From Octopus sinensis (lineage: Eukaryota), in assembly GCF_006345805.1 (NCBI RefSeq), contig NC_043004.1:96100001-96164000 (forward strand): a DNA stretch of 64,000 nucleotides. Direction: 5' to 3'. Under the pieces are notes generated by a model. It was not told the DNA's origin and did no database searches. It saw only the letters and a program-made list of their open reading frames with translations. How positions within the stretch are numbered: the stretch's first letter is position 1; the number at the start of each line of letters is the position of its first letter. Below are positions 11,653 to 25,244 of the stretch, one piece after another. Made by a program: the position numbers and the translations under genes.

Positions 11653-13417
11653 TATGTTTGACTTTTGCTTTATATTTGTACAAGTTGGCTCCAAGTCTCA
11701 CCCAGAGACCTCAAGAGACAACAGGGTTGGAAGTTCATGTTGTTGTTATGCCTAGTGTGCCATATATTTGGGGGGTGGGGATGTTGTACTAATGAATGTC
11801 TAAAAAAAAGGTTTTTTTTTTTTTTTTAACCGAAAATTATGTTTGTTTTAAACCTTGAGATTACATAGAGAGTATTTTGCGTAGGATATGAGCAGTTCCC
11901 ATGAGCACTATCTTTTGAACTTCTGCCATTTTGGGGTTTCCTGGTATCTGAGTTAGGTAGCTATCAGCCCCTTTTGCTATCATTCCCAGGGCACCTATGA
12001 CAACAGGTATTGTTTTAGTCTTCAGCTTCCACATTTTGCTGATTTCTATTTCAAGATCTTTATATTTGCTCAGTTTTTGGTAGGTCTTGACAGATACGTT
12101 TATATCGATTGGGACAGTCATATCAATGAGGAGGCATGTTCATTGTTTGAAGTCTTTCAATATGATGTCTGGCCTATTTGCATCTATCTTCCTGTCAGTT
12201 TGAATGGTGAAGTTCCAGAGGAGTGAGATGTGGTCATTTTCAAGCACTGGGGGTGGTTTGTGTTCCCACCAGTTTTTTTCATGGGGCAAGTCCAGGTTTT
12301 TACAGATTACCCAGTGAATATATTGTGCAGCTCTATCGTGCCTGTTGAGATACTCTGTAGGCGCTAGAAGACTGCACTTGGAGACCACATGGTCAATGGT
12401 TTCATTTTGTTGCTTGCATACACGACACGTTGGACTGCTTCTGATCTTTAATATGTTGGCCTGGTAGTTTCTTGTTGGTAGGCATTGATCTTGAGCTGCT
12501 ATGATAAACCCCTCTGTTTCAGATTTTAAGACAGAGGCCATTAGCCATTGATGGGTCAGGGCTTTGTCGATATCTGCATTATTCGCTCTCTTGGGTATTT
12601 GCCATAGAGAGGTTTTTCTTGCCATTTATTATTCAGAATATCTAAGGCCGCAGTTTTGGCACGGGTTTTCATGCGCCTAGCTTTTTCTGTGCTTGTTTCT
12701 TGTATATCTATCTCTAATTCCGAAATTGGTTGTATTCGGAATTCACTTAGATATTCCTTTGCCTGTTTTGTGACTAAGTATGATGCTTTCTTGTTTTCAT
12801 GTTTTGAGACAAGTTTTAGCATCCAGTCCTCAGAGTTTTTCAGGTAGGTGTCTAGGCCAATTGTAGCAATCTTCATTGTTATTGCCAGTTGCAAAAGACC
12901 ACGGCCTCCCTCTTTTCTTGGCAGATAGAGTCGTTCTGTATCTGCCTTAGGGTGGTGCATTCTATGCATTGTCAACAGTTTCCTTATTTTTCTGTCGAGC
13001 TGACATATTTCAGTAATTGACCAGTTAACAATATTGAAACTGTAAGTCACGACTGGTATAGCTAATGCATTGATTGCTTCAATCCTGTTTCTTGCATTCA
13101 GCTCTGTCTTGAGTATTGCTCTCACTCTTCGATAGCATTCTCTCCTGATCCTTTCCTTCATCTCTGAATGCCTTATTCCGTTCCCTTCAATTACCCCTAG
13201 GTACTTGTAGCTCTCCGCTGGGTCTAGTTCTTTTATGACATTCTGTTGGTCAAGGTTAACGTTAGATGTTTCTGTCATTTTCCCTTTGATAAAGGTAGCC
13301 TTTGCACATTTATCGAGGCCGAATTGCATTCTGATGTCGTCACTGAATTGTTTGACTATCGCTAGTAAGCCCTTGAGTTGTTGATCATTTTTCGCAAAAA
13401 GCTTTAAATCATCCATT
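11652..13417 (-). mobile_element. R4/Dong-like non-LTR retrotransposon, 5'-truncated (RT C-terminal half, CCHC zinc knuckle, RLE endonuclease)
   Basis: MDDLKLF..FGLDKC..YKYLG; CRVC..ETIDHVVSKC; RHD; RPDII; K..KYKDL; PVVIGALG; frameshift near 12600 and stop at 12140; (TAA)n on both flanks. Confidence 0.92.
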
Positions 13418-13635
13418 ATTATTATTATTATTATGTTTATTATTATTATTATTGTCATTATTATTATCGTCGTCGTCACCGTTGTTGTTGTTATCATCAT
13501 CATTATTATTATTTTCTTGCTGCTGTTTTTGCAACTGTATTATAGAAGCTAATGGGTTTTCCATCATTAACAACCTTGTACCACAAAAATTTGCTAACTG
13601 ACCTGCATGAACTTCGAAAATTCGTCGCCAATTAT

Positions 13636-13931
13636 TGTAGTATCGCCACTATTTATGACGATATTTCTTTACACTATAACAGTGAAGTAACAATAAAATA
13701 TATAACGATGCACTGTAACAACAACAACGTAACAATCCAACAAAGTCTCCCCGAACTATACACGAACCAACAAACGATATTCTAACAAACTACCAAAATC
13801 ACGCCTTACGACTTCCTGTGATTAACGCCTACTCTTCCCGCCTCTCATTGAGACAATTTATATTCTCTACTATTTATATTCGTTCGGTCAAGTCTATTCT
13901 CGCAGGGGGTGACATGACTCTCGCCATCACA
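13636..13931 (-). repeat. Gypsy 5' LTR
   Basis: TGT...ACA termini; followed on the minus strand after 5 nt by the PBS TGGCGACGAA (13630-13621). Confidence 0.75.
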
Positions 13932-13944
13932 AATGCACACCAGG

Positions 13945-14633
13945 TTAATCACATAATTGGAAAATCTGACATTGTTTGAAGTAGAACGTTTCCTAGCCCA
14001 AGATGTATGTGGCATTCATCTCTTTGAGCCAGTGACAAAGAGACATCCTATGCAGTGGAAAAACCCATCCTGACCTGCTCCAAAGAAGGCCATGGTCATT
14101 TCATCTGTGATGGCTACTGTTTATCAGGATGCAAAAGACATTGTGCTTAGTGACTACCTACAAAAGGGTCATCAAAGGAGAGTTGTATGCCAACTTGCTG
14201 AATAAGTTACGAAAGTTTATCAGGGTCAAATGCCCAAGAAAACTAATGAAAAGGGGGTTTTGTTTCATCAGGATTGTACTCTAGCACAGGAGTTGTTATT
14301 TTCAAGGGCTGCTGTGCATGATTGAGGTTTTGAACTGGTTGATCACCCTCCCTATTCTTCTGATTTTTCGCAGTCACAATCATCTGTTCGCCAATATGAG
14401 AAAACACTCCGTGGGGAACCAGTATTTCTGTGATGATGATGTCATAATACTGATGATAACTTTTTTGACCAACAGGATGAAAGCTTCTTCACCAATGAGA
14501 TTTAAGCACTGCAACGCTGACAGAAGTAGTGTGCCTGGGCTGCAAGGGGGAGTATATTGAAAAAATAAACCTCATTTGGTCACATTCCATGAGAGTGTTT
14601 TCTTTAGCCTATGAACTTTTCAAACAACACTTG
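13945..14633 (+). mobile_element. Mariner transposase relic (C-terminal half plus right TIR)
   Basis: Fragmentary IHLFEPVTKR..MQWK, VMATV..DYLQKG, DHPPYSSD (YSPDL-like), GEYIEK*; ends gaacttttcaaacaacacttg-TA. Confidence 0.85.
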
Positions 14634-14939
14634 TAGCAAGAGGTATATGAAAGCACTTATATGGAAGCATTCCATTTATACAAATGGCTATTTTGTTACC
14701 AAAGTACCAACCGACCAACAAACCAACCAATCAATCAGGCAGCTAACCAACACAGTATTCTCATACTCCATTGCATCCATCGACAATTGTAGAAATCTTA
14801 AACCACTCCTGTTTATCAAGTTCTTGTAATGACAGTAACAACAAATATAAAGAAATGCTTCGATAATTACCTCAAGAGATTGGCGCCAATTAACTGCAGA
14901 ATTTTTTTAGTATTCTTTGTTGTTGATTTTGTTAGTTTT

Positions 14940-14977
14940 TGTTTTTGTTGTTGTTGTTGCTGTTCTTCGTTCCTTTA

Positions 14978-15039
<62 letters not shown>

Positions 15040-15063
15040 GTTATTCTTGTTGTTGTTGTTGTA

Positions 15064-15096
<33 letters not shown>

Positions 15097-15100
15097 TTGT
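14940..15100. repeat. (TTG)n/(TTA)n microsatellite
   Basis: Seen directly. Confidence 0.95.
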
Positions 15101-15230
15101 TTCATAGTTCTAGCATCCTTTTATTAAGATTTATAATTTGATTTTATATAATTAGATTTTTTTCTATTTTTTTTTCTCCCTCTGATCGTAGAATTTTTCT
15201 AATTTCATCAGAACTTGGATATATCAGAGA

Positions 15231-15270
<40 letters not shown>

Positions 15271-15479
15271 AAGGGGAGGGAGAGAGGGAAAATGAAAGTA
15301 GGAGAGGGGAAAAGAGAGAGAAAGAAAGAAATCAATTATATAAATGAAAAATATATATAATAAAACAAATAACCCCTAGTATATATTTCTGAGAATGGTT
15401 AGCACTCTGGTAAATCAAAGAATGTATTAAATGTTAATAGTGAAACAGTTATTTAGCAAGCTTCACGTTAGCTGCCACA

Positions 15480-15552
15480 TGTGTATGAATGCATGTGCAT
15501 ACACATGCATACATACACTCACATGCAAACATCCTCCCTTATATATACATGC

Positions 15553-15583
<31 letters not shown>

Positions 15584-15813
15584 TGTATGTATATACATAC
15601 ATGTATATGCATATATATATATAATATATATATAATGTACGAGTTTCTTTGGCCATACACATGTATGTGTGCATATATATACATATATATATACATATAT
15701 ATATATACATATACATATATATATATATATATACATACATATGCATATATATATGTATATATATATATATTGTTGCAAATAACCCTTTATTATAATTAAA
15801 TATATATATATAT

Positions 15814-15888
<75 letters not shown>

Positions 15889-15891
15889 TAT

Positions 15892-15927
<36 letters not shown>

Positions 15928-16560
15928 TATAGATATAGATATATACATATATATATATACATATATATATATACATATATATACACACATATATATACAT
16001 ATATATATATATATACAGTTACAATGCATTAAATGATGTGGATCTATACAATTACACATATTCTCAAATATGTGTATGTATATCTTTATACGCAGGCAAG
16101 CACAAGCAACCATACAAGAAGATGCATACAAAGAAATACACATATGTATGACATGCGTGTGAGACACACACACAAACCACTGCATCCCATTGCAACTAGA
16201 ATCAATTTCTCATGCACAAAATCATATGAAAATACATAGAAACGCTTGTGCACACATACTGACACACACATGCATGCACACACACATACAAACACACTTA
16301 AGCATACATGCATGCAAACACAATCACACATACAAATCATATGCATGTACACACATATACTTAGACAGGCACATGCAGACGTATGCACAATATCATTCAG
16401 AAACTTATATACACTTACTTATATACAGACATACACTTGCACACACAGCTGCAGGCACAGAATGACACAGAGGTGCATACACACAAACACATATAGAAAG
16501 ATATTTAAAATATACACACACAAATATTCAATCCAACAATCATGAACATAATTACGCAAT
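15480..16560. repeat. Compound (TA)n/(CA)n low-complexity tract
   Basis: Seen directly; source of spurious YI/CV ORFs. Confidence 0.9.
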
Positions 16561-16645
16561 AACGAAGTTATTATCGCATAACATGCACTCACACTTATGA
16601 AATACAGTAGAAATGCACAAATGCATATGTAGGTGCAAACACATA

Positions 16646-17262
16646 TGACGGGGTGCCGAAAAGTTTGTGGCTTTCGGTTAAAACAAAATGCAGGAGGATC
16701 AGTTAATTACGATTTTATTCAATACTAGCAGTATCGCCCGGCGTTGCTCGGGTTTGTAAGGGAAATAACTATATAAGCATTTTTAGAGATATAAAGTATA
16801 ATAGCCATCTCAATATGGCTAACCACAAATGGGGGGGGGTTACTGTAGCTTTTTACGTTCTGAGATATAATAATAAATTTTTAGAGATTTACTTCCCTTA
16901 TATATGCTAAAAATGCATTAAATATCGGAAAAAAATTATGGTAATTTTTTTTTAAATCGTAGACTCATCGTATATATATATACACCCAGAAGGGCTCGAT
17001 ATGAATCACGACTATAAGATACCCGCTTTTGGTTAAACTGCACCGCAAAATGTGGGAGTAGTTAGGAATCTAAATCGTAGGAGACAGACACTCACACAAC
17101 TTCACTTTTATATATAAAGATATTCCCCTCTCAGATTCACACATTTATTGCATTGATCCTTCAGTTCTCCTAACCCCTGTTAAAGAACTTGGAAGGTTGG
17201 GCCTCCAACCAAACCTTTCGTGATAACCTTCAAGCCAGGAAATCTTCTGCACTGTCTTATAC
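16646..17262. mobile_element. Mariner-derived MITE interrupted by a Helitron
   Basis: Colinear with the intact copy at 36259-36474 once 16725-17120 is removed. Confidence 0.85.
16725..17120 (-). mobile_element. Non-autonomous Helitron (long variant)
   Basis: Minus-strand TC...cccgagcaacgccggg-cgatactg-CTAG; A|T insertion site. Confidence 0.9.
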
Positions 17263-17379
17263 ATGTGTAAAAATGCAACAAGTTCAAGGAGATATGCTTA
17301 CATTATCATTCATAGCTTCAGGTATACACACAAATTCACTGATATGTAAAACTGCACATATAAAAATCTGCATACACTT

Positions 17380-17472
17380 ACAAATACCCATAATACATAT
17401 GTAAACTCATATAGTATATGTACATCTGGATGTATGTATAACAAATATATACCCACATATACATACACCTTC

Positions 17473-17532
<60 letters not shown>

Positions 17533-17594
17533 GTGTGTGTAATATATACATACATACATAAATATATATATATTTATATATATACATATACATA

Positions 17595-17657
<63 letters not shown>

Positions 17658-18050
17658 ATATACACGTGTATATATATATGTATATATGTATGTGTATGTA
17701 TATGTATATATACACAAAAGCATGCATTCACAAATATAGTAACGCAGATATTCCTGAAAGCACATGCATTTATGGGAACATCTACTATCATATATGCGAA
17801 CCTGCATCACATATATTGTACATGCATATGCACATGTGCAATCATATATGCATGTGTACACATACACATAAACATATACACAGAAGCACACATACACACA
17901 CACACACATTATATAGATACATATTTCCATGTATGCACAAGCACACCCACACCGAAACATACACACATAAGTACATGCACACACACACACATGCACACAC
18001 ACAAATACATATACTAACTCACACACACATATGTACATTCACTGAGCACA
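17380..18050. repeat. Compound (TA)n/(TG)n/(CA)n tract
   Basis: Seen directly. Confidence 0.9.
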
Positions 18051-19011
18051 CACAAAATCTAATCTCGTCATCACTTTTTTTCTGTATTTCAGAAAACCTT
18101 TTCTTTCTCTCTGACATAATTAATAGTGACTGCACATAGTCATTGTTAAAGAACTGCTTCTATTTATGGGTTGGTCTTCTTTTTAGTGTTATTTGTTTCT
18201 ATTTTATCTGTGTTTTTCTTTTCTCTTCTTTTTCTTTTTACATGTATATATTTATGGTTGTAATAGTATTATTATATTATTGGCTGAAGACAGACCTATA
18301 TAGATTTGTCTGATTGTAGATTCTATTTCTTCTATTTTAACTTTTATGGAAGTTATTTGCTGGGTTTACTTTTTAAATTATTAGGTGTGGCATGAAAAAA
18401 AGTGTCTTTTTAAATAAATAATAAAAAAAAACTGGCAAAAAATGCAGAAAAAATGTATACCAAACCCCAAAAAATGAAAAAAATACCCATTTACCTCTGA
18501 TAAAGAAAAAAGGTAAAAATCAGCAAGGTGAGATAAAAGGTTGTTAATTGGACAATTGACTGCTGACATGCTTTATTTTTATTAGTTAGAGGTTTTTCTG
18601 GATTGTAGTGATCAAAGCTGGCGTTGGATGGAGGTAGAATGGGTGATGGCACAGTGCTTTGCTGGGATTGTGTGCAATAAATGTTTCCTTGTGTATTTCA
18701 TTTCATAATGCTCTCTTCAGCATCATTATAAAAAATAAAAAAACAGAAACAATGTTAAAAAACAAATATAGAAAAATGTGTAAAAATAAACAGACAAAAG
18801 ATAAATAACTGCACCTGTTTTTTTGGCGTTTTTTTTTGCCTTTTGGCTGCACCTCTTGTGATGAATTCCATTGTTTTGCTCCTGCAGAAAAAGAAAAAAA
18901 AATGCATATAGAACTTTTAATGACTGTTTCTTGCTGTCAATATAGAATTATTATCGGTAACATAATAGCGCAATTATACTAAAAAAAAAAAAATAATGAA
19001 AAAAGATAACA

Positions 19012-19042
<31 letters not shown>

Positions 19043-19560
19043 TGATGATGATAACAATAATAATAATAATAAATAGAAAAATAAAATAAAACACAAACGA
19101 ATTGAAGAACAAATCAATTTGCAAAAAGTAAAAGAATAGCAAATCAGATGATACATAGAGGAAGATGGCAAAGAAAAGGTTAAGTACTCAAAAGACAAAA
19201 ACCAAAATAACTAGTCATTGTGAAATACCATTTATTTTTAGGGGTTCCTTGCTGGGCATTTTTCTGGGCTTTTTCTTTTTTTTTTTTTCTTTTAGTTCTC
19301 CTGGCAGTAAAAATATTTTGCTGATTCTTGCGTGATTATCAATTTATTGATTTCTTCAAGAGAGGAAAAATCCCTCATATCATCGTAGTATATTATAAAA
19401 CTATGTGTGTGTGTGGGTGCATGTGTGTGTGAAGGAAGCACAAACCAGTTAATGAGAGTAGGGTAAAAAGGCAGCTAGCATGAAATAGTTGGAGGAAAAA
19501 AAAAAGCAACAAAAACAAAACAAATAATCTACTATATTATATAATTGATTATATCTATTG

Positions 19561-19633
<73 letters not shown>

Positions 19634-20177
19634 TTGTAAGAATAGGAGAGTGTAAGCATCATAAAAGGAAAGGCAATGATGAAAGGCTGCTGGTGTGAAA
19701 GAAGCACCAAAAGGAAACAGTTGGTATATTACATATGAGACTGGCTTCACTTTCACAAAAGAAGGAGATAAATGCAGACTGCAAAAGGAAAGGTGTCGAA
19801 CAGGGTACATAAAATGAGGAAGTGTAATATCAGAAGTAGCATGAAAGAAACAAAAACTACTACCAAGAGAAAAAGACTGAAGAACGATACGATGTATAAA
19901 TCTCAGAGACGCATACTACTGATATTCTCAGATTGTTTATTACAGCAGTGAATTAAATTTCACTCTAAAGAAATCTGTTTTTATTTCCCTGCTTCATTTT
20001 ATGTGTATTTAATTTATGTTTGGTTGAAACTTAAGGAAATAATATGTATCTTGTTGAAGTCACAGAAAGAGGATTACAATGTATATTTTTCAGTTTGTTA
20101 ATTGAAAGTGTCCTTAAAATAAATGAATATTGGTTGAAATGAACAATATCCCAAAGTTCACCAGCTTCTTATAAACA

Positions 20178-20595
20178 GCACAGGAGTGGCTGTGTGGTAA
20201 GTAGCTTGTTTACCAACCACATGGTTCCGGGTTCAGTCCTACTGCATGGCACCTTAGGCAAGTGTCTTCTGCTATAGCCCCGGGCTGACCAATGCCTTGT
20301 GAGTGGATTTGGTAGACGGAAACTGAAAGAAGCCTGTCGTTATATATGTGTATATATATAAGTGTGTGTGTATATGTTTGTGTGTCTGTGTTTGTCCCCC
20401 TAGCATTGCTTGACAACCGATGCTGGTGTGTTTACGTCCCTGTCACTTAGCGGTTCGGCAAAAGAGACTGATAGAATAAGTACTGGGCTTACAAAAAATA
20501 AGTCCCGGGGTCGATTTGCTCGACTAAAGGCGGTGCTCCAGCATGGCCGCAGTCAAATGACTGAAACAAGTAAAAGAGTAAAAAGAGTAAAGAGT
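20178..20595 (+). mobile_element. SINE family A, full length
   Basis: Match to family consensus; (aaagagt)n tail. Confidence 0.92.
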
Positions 20596-20953
20596 AAACA
20601 AAAACAGAAGACAATGATTTTGTCTAGCTAATTGAGCAGTTATAACACTGACTACATTCTCCTCATGTGCATATGTGTGTGAATTTGTAAAACTTGTGAC
20701 TGTTCAGGTGGTTTCATTTAGGATATCAGATAAGATCCATTTCCTAAGCTGACATAATTCTTGTTGGTGGTAGAGATAGCGATAATGTTGCACTCATAAT
20801 GCAGGAGTTGAGACATGTTGTTGAGAGAACTGTTTCATAATTTTATTAGCAAAACTGATTTTCCTGTTAATAGGTGTTGGATATATTTGTACTTGGTAAA
20901 ATCTTTGGTTTCTCTGAAATAATACCTGGTTACCCAAAACTTTATGTAGAATT

Positions 20954-21378
20954 TGTGGTGTGGTAAGAAGCTTGCTTCCCAACCACATGGTTCTGGGTTC
21001 AGTTCCACTGCGTGACACCTTGGGCAAGTGTCTTCTACTATAGCCTCCGGCCGACCAAAGCCTTGTGAGTGGATTTGGGAGAAGAAAACTGAAGGAAGCC
21101 TGTCGTATATATATACATGTGTATGTGTGTGTATGTGTGCATGTGTGTGCATGTGTGTGCGTGTGCGTGTCTGTGTTTGTCCCCCATCATCGCTTGATAA
21201 CTGATGTTGGTGTGTTTATGTCCCCATGACATAGCAGTCTGGCAAAAGAGACTGATAGAATAAGTACTAGGCTTACAAAGAATAAGTCCTGGGCTTGATT
21301 TGTTCGACTAAAGATAGTGCTCCATCATGGCCACAGTCAAATGGCTGAGACAGGTAAAAGAATGGAAGAATAAAAGAA
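20954..21378 (+). mobile_element. SINE family A, older copy
   Basis: Colinear but diverged match. Confidence 0.88.
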
Positions 21379-21686
21379 TGTGAAAAACGTTGCATTACCT
21401 TTACATATTTTTGTTTCAAATTCTGGAATATCATTTGCAAAGCATGAGCAAGATTTAATCAGTTAGTCTCTTTTTTATTCAGTTATTCACTAGCAAGAAG
21501 AAAATATAGTTTAAGTACAGATAATCTATAATTTAAATAAAGAATGAAAATGTAAAAGTCTATGTAAAAATGCTGAACACGTTAAGTGAATGAAGTATTA
21601 AAACAACTTCATTTGAGTTGTCTTTAAAAAGGACATGAATATCATGACATTCCAATTTCTCATCAGATAATAATATTAAATAACAT

Positions 21687-22095
21687 GTCATCATCGTCGT
21701 CATCGTCATCATCATCATCATCATTTAACACCTGTTTTTCTTGCTGGGATAGGTTGCATGGTATGGCATGAGTTGGCCAGCTGGAGAGCTGCCCAAACCC
21801 CAATTGTCTGTTTTGGCATGGTTTCTATGTCTGTATGCCCTTTCCAGTGCCAACCACATAATAGAGAGCTCAGGATATTTTTTTACATGGCATGGTTGTT
21901 TTCACGTGGCACCAACGTGGGTGCTCTTATGTGACTCCACCATGGGTGCCTTTATGTATCACACGCATGGCTGCATTTTACATGGCACCATCATGGGTGC
22001 TTCCCTATGTGACACTGATGCGAGTGCTTTTTACATGACATTCAAATGGGTGCTTTATATGTGACGCCAAATCAGGTGCTTTTTACATGGCAAGA
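21687..22095 (-). mobile_element. SINE family C, diverged
   Basis: (cat)n-tttaacacctgttt start; gcccttt ccagtgccaaccac; repeated ttttacatggcac units. Confidence 0.65.
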
Positions 22096-22386
22096 CAAAG
22101 ACCTCTTGGCTGAGAGAGGGAGTGGGACATAAGCCTGTATGCCTGACCTATGGATGGCCACAATTTTACTTAGTGTCACGTGTCTACTGAAGCACTGCAA
22201 ATTGGCATATGTCTTTGTCCCTTGTCATCACTTCAGTAAGGCTCAAAACCTGAATATCCATTCTCACTACATTGTCCCATGTCTTCCTGGGTCTCCACTT
22301 TCTACAAGTTCCCTCCACAATTAGAAATCAGCAGTTCTAAGTTAAAAGGCATTAGAATGTGAAAATTATTATATATGTAATTATCT

Positions 22387-22781
22387 CTCTTTTACTCTTT
22401 ACTCTTTTACTTGTTTCAGTCATTTGACTGTGGCCATGCTGGAGCACCGCCTTTAGTCGAGCAAATCGACCCCGGGACTTATTCTTTGTAAGCCCAGTAC
22501 TTATTCTATCAGTCTCTTTTTGCTAAACCGCTAAGTGACGGGGACATAAACACACCAGCAACGGTTGTCAAGCAATGATAGGGGTACAAACACATACATA
22601 TATATATACATATATACAACGGGCTTCTTTCAGTTTCTGCCTACCAAATCCACTCACAAGGCTTTGGTCGGTCTGAGGCTATAGTAGAAGACACTTGCCC
22701 AAGGTGCCATGCAGTGGGACTGAACCCGGAACCATGTGGTTGGTAAACAAGCTACTTACCACACAGCCACTCCTGCGCCTA
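22387..22781 (-). mobile_element. SINE family A, full length
   Basis: Reverse-complement match to consensus. Confidence 0.92.
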
Positions 22782-23431
22782 TCTATATATAATTTTAAAA
22801 ACTTTTTAGTGATATTTTACTGATATTATTTCAACTTAGTGTTTCAATTTCAGATTTTAATAACTAGCAGTTACACACGGTCAGTTTGGTAGAATGTTAT
22901 TTTACTAGCTGAAAGGGTTATAGTTTCTATTTTGTAATCTGTCATGGACAAATTCTCAATCGTCAAAACAGATAAATTGCACTGATAAAGGTTATACAGC
23001 TATCTATTGAAAAAACAAAAATGAAGACAGTTCATAAATAATATTTTTACTTTCATTACAAACATTTTGTTACCAAAGTAAAAACATCAAGAGTACTGTA
23101 AATGAAGTAATATATTTATAATAGAAAATAGCCTGTAGGCATACGACATTGACATTTTTTGCTCAGAAATATTCTGCTATATCCTTGGGCAAGATGTTTC
23201 ACTCCAGTGTTTCAACATATGTAAATAGAGGTACACTGTAAGATATGGTATAGCATCAGAGTAGGAAAAAATATTTTATTATTAATAGTTTGTAGTGTTG
23301 ATATTGAATTCTGTCTTACATGTCTTCCGACTCATGCAGACATTGAAAAGTGGATGTTAAAATGAAGACAGTCGCAGAAGAGGTAACAAGTATCATGTAT
23401 GTACATGAATGTGTATGATTAGATATGTGTA

Positions 23432-23600
23432 TAGGTGCAGTCATGGCTGTGTGGTAAGAAGTCTGCTCTCCAACAACATGGTTCTGGGTTCAGTCCTACT
23501 GCATTGCACCTTGGGTAAGTGTCTTCTACTACAGCTTCAGGCCGACCAAAGCCTTGTGAGTGGATTTGGTAGACGGAAACTGAAAGAAACCTGTTATATA
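23432..23600 (+). mobile_element. SINE family A, 5' half
   Basis: Head through ctgaaagaaacctg, ending at (TA). Confidence 0.85.
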
Positions 23601-23942
23601 TGATTCAGCACTCTGAGCTTAAAAAGGTCTGTTGCAAAGGAACAATTGGAAGTGAAGTCAACAGTGAACATTAGATATGTATTATAACTTTAGAAGAGAT
23701 GGGTTCTCTCGAGTTGAAAAAATCCTAGATAAACTACAGAAACACAAAATATTCAGTGAAATCCTATAAACTTAGTGGGTTTTGGAAATCACTGTCACCA
23801 TTTTCTTAATGGTGGCAGTGACTGTAGTTTAGATTAACTTCACATATAACTTAGAAAGCATATGAAACACTTCCTTTAAGAATCTTAAGAACGTATATTC
23901 TTGGATGTATGGGTTATATGTCTATCTATAATTCTATTAATC

Positions 23943-23981
<39 letters not shown>

Positions 23982-24240
23982 TACATAAATGTAAATATAT
24001 CTATGTGTATATATATATAAATATATATATTTACCTGTAAAATTTCTGTCATATAAGCAGTCAATATAATTATTCTATGTACATCAGTAAAATATGTAAG
24101 CTTTCACACACTTGCACACACACACCTTGATATATAAAAGTGTATAAGTGGGATCACACATGGAAGTGTGTGTGTGCATCTATCTATCTATCTATCTATC
24201 TATCTATATATATATACATATATATACACACACATATATA

Positions 24241-24282
<42 letters not shown>

Positions 24283-24909
24283 CACACACATATATATCTA
24301 CATATATATATATATATATACATATACATACATATGAATACATACAAGTATATGCATATATATATTTATATATGAATACATGCGAATATATGAATATATA
24401 TATAAACACACACACACACATATATATATATGCATATACATATATACATACATACATATGTGTGTACGTACGTGTGAGTGTTTGTTCCAAGCAATGGCAT
24501 ATACAAATACAAAAATGCGTAAATGCATCTCTTATGATAAGAAAGAAAATTCTAAAACAAAAACCAGTAAGGAAATAAAAAACAAGGCTGAAAATCGCAA
24601 GGCTATCAAAAAGGAAAACAGTATTTCTAAGATTGGAAACAATTTTTATAAAACAAGCCAATGTATATCTTGGTTATAAATGATAGATCTATGTGATATC
24701 TCACTTTTGAACATAAGAAAGTATCCAGGATTATATGGCACCTTATATGTTCTCAGGTGGATTCAGCAGATTTCTATTAACAGAAATAGTTTTAGTATCT
24801 GTGTTTTACGGATGTATGTATGTGCATGTGTGTGAATATGTATATTTTATATCATATATATAATATATATGTATGTATGTAGATATATATGTATATACGT
24901 GTGTTTGTG

Positions 24910-24999
<90 letters not shown>

Positions 25000-25098
25000 T
25001 AGCTTATAAATGAGAGACAAATATATCATAAGTTATATATATATTGAATTCAATCACATGTATATAAGTAAATCATACAATATATATATATCATAAGT

Positions 25099-25130
<32 letters not shown>

Positions 25131-25244
25131 GTATTATATTATATAATATTTTATACATAAATGGTAAATATATGTGTGTGTATATATATATCTATATAAA
25201 TATATGTGTGTGTATATATATATATATCTATATATAATTATATA

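Larger units (their letters stand above)
7760..13931 (-). mobile_element. Decayed Ty3/Gypsy LTR retrotransposon (5' LTR-PBS-gag-PR-RT-RNase H; integrase and 3' LTR not seen)
   Basis: LTR 13636-13931 (TGT..ACA); PBS TGGCGACGAA; gag start MENPLASIIQLQKQQQE at 13564; protease LDTGSDIS (~10130); RT YPLPTPEDIFAK..FSKLELSDAYLQI, LPFGL, YLDD; RNase H DASEY..YSQIQKE..HADGLSRL; many stops and frameshifts. Confidence 0.92.

Noticed and set aside
12556-13503. 315-aa ORF as an intact gene
   Set aside because: The N-terminus is microsatellite-derived; the rest is a 5'-truncated, frameshifted R4/Dong-like RT
15431-18139. Many long YI/CV/HT-rich ORFs (also near 24.1-24.7k, 33.5k, 47-49k, 53.6k and 61k)
   Set aside because: Translations of dinucleotide microsatellites, which lack stop codons in several frames
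18100-19450. Repeat-poor AT-rich stretch, possible UTR or enhancer
   Set aside because: No ORF, splice pair or structure that I can support from sequence alone
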